From the NCBI GenBank assembly GCA_043381765.1, contig JBHJMP010000301.1, forward strand, positions 1 to 55,882: a stretch of DNA of 55,882 nt, given 5' to 3'. The notes under the pieces are model-generated. The model saw only the letters and a list, made by a program, of their open reading frames with translations, searched no databases and was not told the DNA's origin. Made by a program: the position numbers and the translations under genes. Origin of the DNA: Collodictyon triciliatum (lineage: Eukaryota). Shown here in pieces: positions 34,135 through 45,800 of this stretch; position 1 is the first letter of the stretch; each line of letters opens with the position of its first letter.

Positions 34135-34425
34135 GACCGCACAACGCGCAGGCCGATCAAAGAAACTCAAGCGGGCCTATTCTCTCTTTACTCTTTATTC
34201 TTTTTCTCTTCGTCAGATGAGTCCTTTGTGCGCAGCTGGGCCAAGCGAGGCTGGGCGGTTCGTTTATTATTGGCGTGTGGGTTGTGTGGGTTGTCGGGTG
34301 CCGCGGCTTGTGAATGACCCAGACAGGCAAAATTCCCGCTTTGGGCACAAAGAGACGGGGAGGGAAGGGCAGCGTTTGGAGCGACTTGTGCTGTGAATCC
34401 CGTCGCCCGGCCGTGGCTCGCGGCC

Positions 34426-36794
34426 TCAACGAGAGGTCGTCCCGAACTGCGCAAAGAACTCGCTGGTGGGCTGGTTTGTGTACACGCTATTGTACAGATG
34501 GTCGTATCTGTGGCTGGGCGATTAGAACAACTGCTGCGCCCTCGTTTCAGGTGAAGATACAGCAAGGCAGGGAGTGTGGCGACAATCGAGCAACAAAGAT
34601 TCACCTCTGCTTATGCTCTTCCGCCTGTCTCTCATGCTCGCGGTGCTGTTCTTGAAGTTGGCGCTGGCTAATCCGCTTTTTTTCGCGCTCTTGAAGTATG
34701 GCACTGCGCCTCAATGCTTCTTGCTGTTGGTCCCACTGCCTCTGCTCTTCTTGCTCGAGTTCTTTTTGAGTCTGGGCAAATTGTTTGCCTTGTTAGTGGA
34801 TGCGTGAGAACTTGTAAGGTGACAGGTCGGGAAGATACCACAAGACACATCAGACATCCACCAGGCATATAAACACCTATTATTACTGGAATTGTTTTGG
34901 ATATGTAAAGACCAGGCCAACTGTTTACCATTTTTTGCTTTCGCTGTCTTTCTTGTTCCTTTAAAATTGCCTCGCGTTCTCGTGCGCTCATTCCTTTGTA
35001 TTGTGCAGTGATTAACCTAAGTATGCGGATGCAAAGTATATTAAATCACTATTTTGACATTATTTAAGAGTGAAAATATAATGAGTATGTAAGGATTGCA
35101 TTACAGACATCAGCAGTACCTCGTATCCAACAAATTATGTTTGAAAAAACAAAATATAGCTGCGATGAAAAATTAAAAGGAAGAAGGAAAAAGAAATCAC
35201 CAGTTAATTGAAGAGGTTCAATTACCTGTTTGGCATCGTTTCACTAAAGGCAAGAGCTGGGTTTTCTGTCATCATGTCTGCATGGAGGATGTGCTGGATC
35301 TCTGATTCAGACTGTTGCGCATCTTTCAGGCGGTATTCCAAATCTTTCTCTCTCTTTTCTAGAGCCTAGGAATATGGGAAAAAATATATACAGTTTCTAT
35401 GATTACTTTTATTCATCATTTACGGTTTAAAATCAATGATATTTCTCTTTCTTTTGTTCAAAGTATTTAGATTGATTCGTCAATATAAAAGTTGTAGCAA
35501 GGTGGGCCGTGATATTGGAAGTTTGCTGATTTCCTAAAGATCGTACATACATTTGGAATATTTAGCACTTACTTGATGACGGTGGTAGCTCCCAAGCATC
35601 ATAACATCATGCTTTCTTCGTTCTTCAAGTTCCCGCTCAATATATGAGGCTTCCTGAAGAAGAGATGCTTCCATGTCCTCGTATTGCCTATGATTATAGC
35701 AATTGGTTGATTGAACTCTCTGGGGGTTCTCTTTATGTGTTTTATTGTTTTGAGCTGAGTCATATTCACGGAATGTTGTACTGGTGCAAGAGGTATGGTA
35801 AGACAAACCTGTCTAATGTACGCTCCTGGGTGCGTCGTTGTGATTTCTCCTCTGCGTGTTGTTGGATCCAAACTCTCATCTGTTCTTGTTGAATTGCTTT
35901 TCTTTCTGGATTCGACAGGTCCTCTCCAACAAATTTCTGCATGCTGGAAGGCCCGATTCTTGGGTCATCGTCACTAATCTGAATGACATGAATGGAAACA
36001 CATGTTGATTTTGATATAAATATATTCACGATAGCACTAGATCCGGCAAAAAAATAATAATAATAATTGCTGGTGTTGTATATCAGAATAATTAGAGTTG
36101 ATATTGAGCTACACAAGAACATGTCATTTTTCATCAAAAACTTAACAATTTAATTTATGTACGAAATGATGAATATGATTGGATAATAAAAGAATCATTC
36201 AACACGCACTCTGGCAGGAAGTCCTTTCTTGAGTGATTCTGGGTCGTTCAAATCAAACTCCCTGCGACTTTGGAATGTTTGGTGATCTTTCCGATAGGAA
36301 ATGATATTTTCGATTTGCTTCTTTCTAAATTCTTGGCGGTCCTTCTCTTGCAACTCTAACATGACTGTCTGTTCACGTACCATGTTTTCTACATTCGGAC
36401 CATCATATTAGTGGTTGCTGCTCCATTTATAACACGGAGCAACAAATCCATCAATAAAAATAAGAATATTAAAAATAAAAAAAAAGGTGGCTGTAGTGCG
36501 CGCATGTAAATATCAATCAAGTGAATTGAAATAAGCAAAGTACCGAAATACGCTTCCCGCAACCTTTCTGCCTCTTTGGCCTCCTGCTTATCATGGATCT
36601 GCTTCTGTATCCCTTCTGTGTCGATCTGTGTGTGGGAGGTGCTTGAGAATACATTTGGAGTCGATCTCAAAATGAAAGGCACGCCCAACTGCGACCACGC
36701 AAGGAGTGGACAAGGACATGGGAGCTATCATGCCCCTTTTCTCTCAAAGACACTCACCCCAGCGACTGAACACTGCCATAAAAGAGGACACAGA

Positions 36795-36889
<95 letters not shown>

Positions 36890-37086
36890 GGAATGATGAA
36901 GAAAAAGAAGAAAAGATGAAGGGAGGAAGTGGAAGGGCAAACCCCAAAGTGGCGCTTGTATGGATCGAGAACAGCCTTCTTGCGCTCTTCCTCCGCGATG
37001 CGGCGACGCTCTGTGCTTGCTCTCATCTTGTCTTCAGCAGACAGGATGCGGCGTGAGAAGGTGTCGGGTTCGGCCGGAAGGCTCAT
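34426..37086 (-). CDS. RIB43A: RIB43A-domain axonemal protofilament ribbon / microtubule inner protein (RIBC1/RIBC2 family)
   Basis: ERRRIAEEERKKAVLDPYKRHFG|IDTEGIQKQIHDK; QTFQSRREFDLNDPESLKKGLPAR|ISDDDPRIGPSSMQKFVGEDL; YKGMSAREREAILKEQERQ; C-terminus VYTNQPTSEFFAQFGTTSR then TGA ending at 34426. Confidence 0.95.
36794..36889. repeat. (AAT)n microsatellite in RIB43A intron 1
   Basis: Perfect trinucleotide array. Confidence 0.95.
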
Positions 37087-37682
37087 TGCGGGGACGGGCT
37101 GTGCTGTTGGTGCGGCTGGGACGGAGAGTGAGGCGCGTGTATGTGAGGCTGAGGACGCGCGTTGCAGGGCGGCACTTTGGCACGGCAGAAAGGTGGAGGG
37201 ATTCTGGTGCTGTGTGTTGGGGGCGGACGATCGGCGCCGGTGTGGAGCGGGTTGCCATTTGACAAGGCAGGCGGGAGCTGTTGGGAAATGGATATAAAGG
37301 GAGTAACGGTGTTTGTGGCTGCGTTTGTGGAAATTACTTTCTCTGCAGCACAATTGCGATAAGAGGCATATATTTTCTTGCAGGAGATTTCATATCTATA
37401 TATTTAATTATACGAGATGCTGAGTTGTTGCATGGAAGCATTCTGCAGACGGAACATTCCTGAGTGTGACTTGTCGCCCTCGCTGCACACAAGCCAGTTT
37501 CACCAAAGAACTGTGGGGCGCAACGGAGCACACTTCTGCCGCGACCCAACACGGCCAACAACAACAGCAACCACTAAGGCAGAAGACGCAGAGGATCGCC
37601 CATGTTCGCGTCGCTTCGACGAGTGGGCGCAACACTCTCCTCCCTCAGGAACCCTCTCTCAGCGTTTTCCTCCTCCAGAAGA

Positions 37683-39605
37683 ATGGACGCCGGCGAAACC
37701 TTCCACGGCTCTGTGCCCCGCTACGATCGCCACCTGGTTGTCTTCACAGACAAGCTGGACTGGTGAGCTGAAGACCAACCAGGCCTTGACACTTGCATCT
37801 TGCTTTTTTTCTTTTTCTTTTCCCTTTTTTCCTTTTTTTCTTTTTTCTTTTTTTCTTTTTTTTCTTTTTTCCTTTTTTTCCTTTTTTTTTCTTTTTTTCT
37901 TTTTTTCTTTTTCTTTTTTGCTTTTTGCTTTTTGCTTTTTGCCTCACCTGCGGGCTATTTTTTTGATGCCGGCCCTCACACTCCCCTATGCAGGACACGA
38001 AACGCAGAGGACGACAACTCTTTCCTCCGTGCCTTCAGCGACAAACTGGGTCTCAAGAAGGTCTGTGCTTGTTCTCCGCCGACATTCCGCGCTCTTTACT
38101 CGAATGCTTGTCTCGTGTGCGCATGTGTTCCACTCGGCTGTGGCTTTCAGTCTCCGTTGTCAACACGCTGCCGTCCAGCATCAGACCGTTGGCCCAACCC
38201 TGGCAAGAGTGCGCACCAAAGGCCGTTAAGCGTGGCGGGTGCCGATCCCGAAAACATCGAAACAATTGTTGGAAACATATGCGCGCATCTAGGCGCGTGC
38301 GTCCAACAATGCCGCATGTTGGCTGCGTCGGTTTTGCGCCTATGAATTGTTTTTTTTTGTTGCTATCCTTTGCTCTTTGGATTCATGACTATGTTTTTAT
38401 TTTCTATTGACTTTTAGAGTTACATCGCACGTAAAGTCAAGTTCAGCACCGCAGGTGCCTTTGGTGTCCATGATGACTTTGGCAGCGCAAAGCAGGTATA
38501 ATTGATCGTTTCCTCGTCATATCCACAACAAATGACCGTTGTTCAAAGGCATGCCATAGAATAACGGAAAACTGGAGTGATACTGAACATGCGGGCTGTG
38601 CATTGAACATATATTCTCTTTATCAAAACTGAAACTCGATTCTTTCTGTATTCTAACCGAAATTCAACCAACTGAACAGGGCGCTTTCAATGTCGCCCTT
38701 TTCCCTGATAACATCCTTTTCAAGAATATGACGGAGGAACACATAGATAAGTTCGTACAAGATGTCTTGCTGGATGAGAAACAAATCGATGGAATCGAGC
38801 AACAGCCCATCCCCGCAAATCTAGTGAGCTTTTATATTTGGGGAACTATTCTTGCTTGACATTGTTACTAATGATAGAGTACTTTCTTATTTTTTAAAAA
38901 AACCAAAAAAATAATATCTGTGAAAATCAAATTGCATAGTCCACCTCTCAGACAAACAATGCGATGAATCGAATTAAACACATCCACTGAGTAGGACGGG
39001 TCAAAAAAGTGCCGGATATTTGTCTGTACTCATATGACACGGGATGCGCGGTGCGGGAACATGGGCCCAGCTATCTTGAAGACTTTGCAAGAGGAGGTGG
39101 CCGGACGAGACATAGCGGAGCGTGTGCATCTATATGGAATCAGTCATGTTGGAGGTCATCATTTTGCCGGTGAGTTTCTTGTATCGCCAATAAACATATT
39201 CTAGCAAAGCAAAGCAAAGCAAAGCAAAGCAAAGCAAAGCAAAGCAAAGCAAANNNNNNNNNNAAACAAAACAAAACAAAACAAAACAAAACAAAACAAA
39301 ACAAAACAAAACAAGACAAAACAAAGCATGTATGTGTTGTGTTGACCGCACTACGCTCGATTTCTTAAGGCTAAGAACATTCAACAATACTGAAAGGTAC
39401 AGGAAATGTGATTGTTTATCCTGGTGGAGATTGGTATGGGCGTATGACTACTGATGAAGTCCCTAAACTCCTGGACAGCATATTTGGGTCGAAGGAGGTT
39501 TTCACATCCCACTGGCGAGGGCGGATGGGACTTATTCACGAGAGACAGGAGGAGTTGTTCGAGCAATGGGATTGTGGAAATTGTTCCAAGGCCCTTGACT
39601 GGTGA
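37683..39605 (+). CDS. APD1: Sucrase/ferredoxin-like thioredoxin-fold [2Fe-2S] protein (Apd1/Aim32 family), 6 exons
   Basis: GSVPRYDRHLVV...W; IFVCTHMTRDARCG (C-x8-C); SHVGGHHFAGNVIVYP (HxGGH); WYGRMT; HWRGRMGL; ends CGNCSKALDW then TGA. Confidence 0.9.
39203..39327. repeat. (AAAGC)n / (AAAAC)n microsatellite with a 10-N gap, intronic
   Basis: Two pentamer arrays either side of N 39254-39263. Confidence 0.9.
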
Positions 39606-40027
39606 CATCCTCTTCCAGCATTGTGGCTCAACCACAAGAGCATCTCGCAGTAGATAGCATTAAACAGACTCATTAAGTGAATAAATAAATTAAACAAAAC
39701 GAAACAGAAACTCCGATAGGCGGCCATGGCGCACTCCAGTGCATTGGGAATTCATCCACAAATTATTTTTCTTTTCAACCTCCTACGCTGGTCTATGGAG
39801 CGTCAGGCTCATCAATATTACATTTTACTACTTTGTTAATGTAACACAGTAATCTACTTAGGCTTAAACAAACCTAATACACATGGAGCATCAGTGCAAT
39901 CATAAACCCATTCACAAATAATGACAAAACATCTTACAATTAGCTTTCAAAAGGAGATTCAAGATTTGCGCCCTGCTATTTGGGTTCAAGGTCGTTTATG
40001 TCCAATCAACGGTAGAGCTGTGTTACT

Positions 40028-42489
40028 TTAATATGGAGCATATTGCTTCGGCTTTCCCTTCGTTGTGGCTTCCGTTGGAGTCTAATTATAAACCAATTAG
40101 TGGTAGAAGATTAAGGATAAAGGGTAAAGAATAAAGGATTGCCATCTTTGAAGAGGAGCGTGCTGATGACGACGGAGGAGCAGACACGGGATTGGTACCC
40201 CAAATGCACAAGCGAGAATCTTCTCCGCCTGTGGCCAAATACGCGTTCTAAGAATGGTTGCATACATATATTAGCATAAAGTCCAAAGACGCTCTGAAGT
40301 TGTTTATTCGATCAGAATTAGTACATCAAAATCCCAGACAAAACACCGGATGACATCGGAGTGTCCGCCTTGAATGGCCTGACAGACGTGGAATTGGTTT
40401 GATTCCACCCTGGCGATCATCAGCACCCCCCTGGGAATGGTACGAGGGTTAATCATAAGAAAAAATAAAAAAAAATCCCATGGTTGTTGACCCATCGGCC
40501 CAGCAGGTCAGCAATACAGATAGCAGTTCGATATGCAAATATTATATTACTCAACAGTGCCACATAAGAGATATAGATGACCAGTAGAGCCAGAATAATG
40601 ACAATCTAATTAAATTGTAAACGCTTGTTATCATGACTTTGTATTTGATATGGCAAAAATTAGATATAATATTAATAATAATTTTAAACGAAAAAGTTGT
40701 GTGGAAGGAATAAACCCGGACCGATCATGTAATTTACTGGCTGAGCAAAAATCCGGCTTAGCTCTTCTCGAGGATTCTCCAAGCTTAGTATTCGGCTTTC
40801 CTAGAATTGATGGTGCGGGTTGATGAACTCCAAAATGTGCGCATAGAGCCATATTCTTAAGAGGGTGGCGTTTCATGGGTACGAAATGATGGAAATAGAG
40901 TATATACAGTTTGCACATTCCAAATGGAAAACGTTTCCACACTGGTTGTTGCGCAGAGGAACTCGTTGTTGGGTCCGAACAATTTCATCTTAGCAACAGA
41001 ATTTTCGATGTTGACCACTACAAAAAGAGCAAATTTAGAAAAGAGCGAAAGTAACACATTCACTTTCGTAGATACGGACGTTTTTTTTTTATTACATATA
41101 ATCATACTCGTTGAAGAATGTATGCATGAGAATGAACCAAAATGTAAGACACCTTTTACAAGAGCCTCATCATCATCTTGAATGGAAATATTGTAGAACG
41201 ACACCAAGCCATCAGCAGATCCAGTAACCAAAATGTTTGGGTCTTGGGGATGGAATATCATCTGGGGGAATTATATTAAGGAATATGTGTACTTTACGGC
41301 GACATCAATCATATACAGATCCACTTAATCGCCTTTTTTTTTTAACAAAGATACTGAGGTTTATGGACCTGTGTAACAACATCTGTATGTGCATTTTCAA
41401 AGTGGCGAATGGATTGCTTTGTCCTCCGTGCAAGGTCCCTGGTTAGTGATATCACAAAGGTGAGCTTAGCGAGTAATCATATGTTAAGGAAGGGAATGGA
41501 GGCAGGGTGCGCCGACTTAGTTGAGAGCGAAATGATCACACGTAACTAAAGTCTGATCACGTGAGTCGGTGACTTGGATGTAGAATGAGCGAGAGCATCG
41601 TCGTATACAAACCAGACAGTCACGTGGAATTCCGAGCCAGCAGCGATCAAGGTTTCATCGGCATTTACTGCCAGGCAGAAATATTGGGTGGTGGAGCCCT
41701 TACCTGCACCAAACAAAAGAAAAGGATGAGAAACAGGGATCAGCTGGTGAGTAGCAGGTAATTAGAAACAATATCGTATGCGGTTTCTCTAATGTTTGCT
41801 CTTTCCACTTTGTTTTCCGTGGGTCTTTTATAGACAACATCTCGCTGCATGCCAAAAGACTCACCACGAAAAGTGCACATTCGCGCACCGGTGTTGACAT
41901 CCCAGCAAATAACGCTTCCATCTGAGGAGGCTGAAGCCAGAAGGTGGTTGCTTCTGGGGAAAAAGACTGCCTGGTAGAGAAAGGAGAAAACGAAAAATAT
42001 AATAATTATATGATTAAAATAAATTAATAAAAATAAATAAATAAATAAGTAAAAGAAATGAAAATGAGTCTGTCGCCTGAGGCATTCACCCAGACAAAGC
42101 GAGGGTTTCAGCACGTCTATGTAAGGAGGCGCGTTATCGACAGCCAAAGTGTCAAACCTGATTGACAGGGCCGGTGTGGCCGGTCAGCTTGTTGCGGAGA
42201 ACAAGCTCATGCTGGGAATAGAGCTTGATCACGCCGTCCGAGCCGGAGGCGGCCTGTGGACGGTTTTGCGATGCTTATGTTTTTGAGTGTAAAAAAAGAA
42301 GAAAAAGAAGAAAAAGAAAAAAGAGGTATGTTTTTGACTGCGTCTGGTGCAGCGCCAGAGGACAGGCCGGCAGGCACCCGAAGGGGTTCTTACAAGGAGG
42401 GCGTTTCCCTGCGCGAGATCCATGATGTATGTGGCATCCTCTGCGCCGAGGGTGAACGTGGTCGAGTGGGCCAAGCTGTACTGCGCCAT
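40028..42489 (-). CDS. WDR89: WD40-repeat protein, WDR89-like
   Basis: SDGVIKLY...LTGHTGPVNQ; LLASASSDGSVICWD; FENAHTDVVTQMIFHPQDPNILVTGSADGLVSFYNI...DDDEAL; SVETFSIWN; GGHSDVIRCFVW...LATGGEDSRLCIW; C-terminal K..YAPY then TAA ending at 40028. Confidence 0.85.
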
Positions 42490-42888
42490 GCTCTGTGCGG
42501 GTCTGCCTTGGGTCTCCTGCTGGGTCGGTGGTCGGTGCAAGCGGCGGTGTGGCGTGCTCGTGGCTGTCGCCTGCCGCGCTTTGAACACGGTTCAGCAATT
42601 CTGGAAATTATAATAATATGCTTATTAGAGGGGTATATTCTTCATTTATGGCAGTGCTGCGATCCAACACATATATTAAAATCGCAGATGAATGTACATA
42701 CAGCGCATGAGGTTTGGTGCACGTGCTTCCGTGTTCGGAATCGGCCACGTCGCTTCTGCATCGGCTCATCAGTGTCGCTTGCGCAGCGTGATTATCACGG
42801 GAATGAATCGGAAAAGAGAGAGGCCGAGCGAGTGGGAAGGCAAGAGGGGGCGGAGTGCCAGCAACCTAACCCCCACCGTGCAGCACCG

Positions 42889-45800
42889 ATGGCCCGGCCC
42901 CCAAGGCGTATCCACAGCAGCGCAGTGCTCGTCGGCCTTGTTCTGGGTGAGCGCCTCTTCTGCACAGCCCACACGGGCCTCCCTCTCTCACGCCCGTCCA
43001 CACGACTCACCCTGCGTCCTCGCAGCCTCAGCCGCCCTCGCCGCAGCCGCCACTGTCGGGATATCCATCGCAGAGCGCACTGGTTCCATTTTCCGTTTAT
43101 TCTGTTCTATTGTGTTCTATTCTGTTCTGTGGTCCTGCACAAAAAGTTGAAAGGAAGAATAAAAAAAAAAATAATTCTATTCTGTTCTGTACTGTACTGT
43201 TCTATTTGTGTGTGTTGTGTCGTATCTTTCCTTCCTTCCTCCCTTCCTTCTTTTCGTTCTAATTCTGCCGATCCGTGATCGCAGCCTCTCCCGCCGGGGC
43301 GTACTACACCGCCGCTTACCGCCAGTTTGTGCTGCACGGAAAGGACAGCAGCTACGCCTTCCGCGTCGATCGTGACGGAAATCTCGAGCATCTCCACTGG
43401 GGAGGGTCTGCATCTTTGTTATCAACCTCATTTCTTCTCTGGTTACTTCTCCGACTACTTCTCCGACTACTTCTCTGACGACTTCTCTGACTACTTCTCC
43501 GACTACTTCTCCGACTACTTCTCCGACTACTTCTCCGACTACTTCTCCGACGACTTCTCCGACGACTTCTCCGACTACTTCTCCGACGACTTCTCCGACG
43601 ACTTCTCCGACGACTTCTCCGACTACTTCTCTGACTACTTCTCCGACGACTTCTCTGACTTGTACTCTCACCGCGGACAGACGGGTCGATGAGGCCGACG
43701 ACCTGAGCTTCCTGGGCTCAGACAGCATCCCCACGTCCTTCGACCCTGGAAACAAGAACGCGATGCTCCTCGAGTTCTCTGGTACGACGTAAATGCACCA
43801 CCCAATATATCCCGTCTACATCGCACTGCACCGGGCAGAGCCGTCAACCCACTCATCCGCCCGCCATAGACTTCGGCACCGGCGACTTTCGCTCCCCTTC
43901 GGTTCTGATTGAATACACGAATGGCTCCCGCGTCTCCCCGTTCGTCTACAAGTCGCACACGATCTCTGCCGGTTTGTAGAGCCTCCAAACCCACCCTGTG
44001 AAGAACCATCAGCCGCCTCAGGAGAGCCACGTTTTAAAGTGTCTTGTCCATTCAGGAAAGCCCACCGTCGACCCAGCCCAACCAGCGGTTTATGTCGAAG
44101 CAAACTCCGAGGCATCCACCCTCAAGGTTACCATGGTTGATCCGCTCTCACTTGTCGAGGTACTTTCTCCCAGAGCCCAATCTCGAACTCATTTACCTTT
44201 TATTGTAACAAAATATTTATGCATATTTATAAAAAAAATAAACCACCAAACCACCAAACCACCAAACCACCAAACCACCAAACCACCAAACCACCAAACC
44301 ACCAAACCACCAAACCACCAAACCACCAAACCACCAAACAAACAAATGGACAAACGTACCCGCACTCAAGGCACACTCCCAAACATTCATGACATGTGAT
44401 TCTCACATGACATTCCCCTCATACATCATCAAGACGCCAGCAGCATGCTACTTTTACAATAACTAGTAAATAAAATACTTACAGGTGGATCTGTACTACG
44501 TCGTTTATCACAATTTTGACATAATCTCACGCCGAACAGTCATCCGCAATACGTCAAGATCCAAGGTATTTCCAATAAAGAAATAAATTGAAAAGATCAA
44601 GCATTTCATACCGTTTTCTTATGTACTTTATACTTTAATCCTTTCATTCCTTGCCTCCTTGCCCTTTTTTTCTTCTTCTTCATCTCGCACGCTTTTTGAC
44701 ACTTTCTCTGGAAACCATCGCACATATTCTTTTCTCTTTTCCCCGGCTCAATATCGAAGTTACGATTCCATGTTTACTGCGCACCCACAACCATTCAATC
44801 ATTTGTATAGATAGTACTTCTGTCGGTCAACAGCGCTACCATCGACTTTCCCACTCGAAAAGACTTCACATTGACCAGCTTAACAGGGGCGTGGTCACGA
44901 GAACGCTTCATTACCACTCGCCAAGTTGATATAGGTCTGGAACTCGTTGAAAAAAAAAGAAAATGAAAGGGAAAACTGCTTCTTTTTTTTTTTTTTTTAT
45001 TCTTTCTTTCAATTTGTGCAAGATGACGAGGGTTTTGGGTTTATAACGGGAAACAAGGATAATATAGTAGTACAAAGACCAGAAGTTCACTGATTGACGT
45101 AATGACGCTTTGTTGGCCGTCTGATATCTACTGATTGGAGGGTTTCTGATTTAACTCAGGATTCACTAACACTGAGAGCCGCCGCGGAGCTTCTAGTCAC
45201 CAAAATAACCCCTTCGGAATTATCTCATTGGGGTTTGTGGCCCCATACAGTAAAGAAAAAAAATCCACCTACTTTTCTTCCATTCAAGGTGTGATGTGTT
45301 CTAGATATTTACCTCGAATGAAGGGACTGTGCGACTGATTGTTTCATATGTTCTATCCTCATGTAACCTAATGGCGAACCTAGATGTGCCACTAACCCAG
45401 CATGATATATCAACCTTATAAAATTTACCAGATTCTCATACACAAAATCTTTCATTATCAACCATGGTAGATGATTTTTGTTTCTTCTTTATATATATAA
45501 AGGTGAAATATGATGATAGCAACACGCCTGATTCGTTATTCTCTACGATAAAAAAAAAAATCTCTTAGACCTTATTCAGAGGACAACGGAGAACATTTTG
45601 GTTTCTCCTTGGTCTACAGCGGAAACTTCCTGTTGGAGCTGGAGCGTGTTCAAACAGGTCACTCATTGCCTCCATTTCCTTGCCTGTCTCGAGCTCGTTT
45701 TCCTTTTCCCTTTAAGCAAGGACGGCACGCTGATAATCCCCTTTGTCAACCATAGGCAGACTTCGTGCGAATATGGGTATCAATCCTTTCAATTTTCGAT

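Noticed and set aside
37250-37268. RFX X-box (GTTGCC...) upstream of RIB43A
   Set aside because: Only a half-site matches; the second half (TGACAA) does not fit RGYAAC.
43444-43660. CRISPR-like array
   Set aside because: Head-to-tail 12-mers with no unique spacers, inside a eukaryotic intron, and no cas genes.
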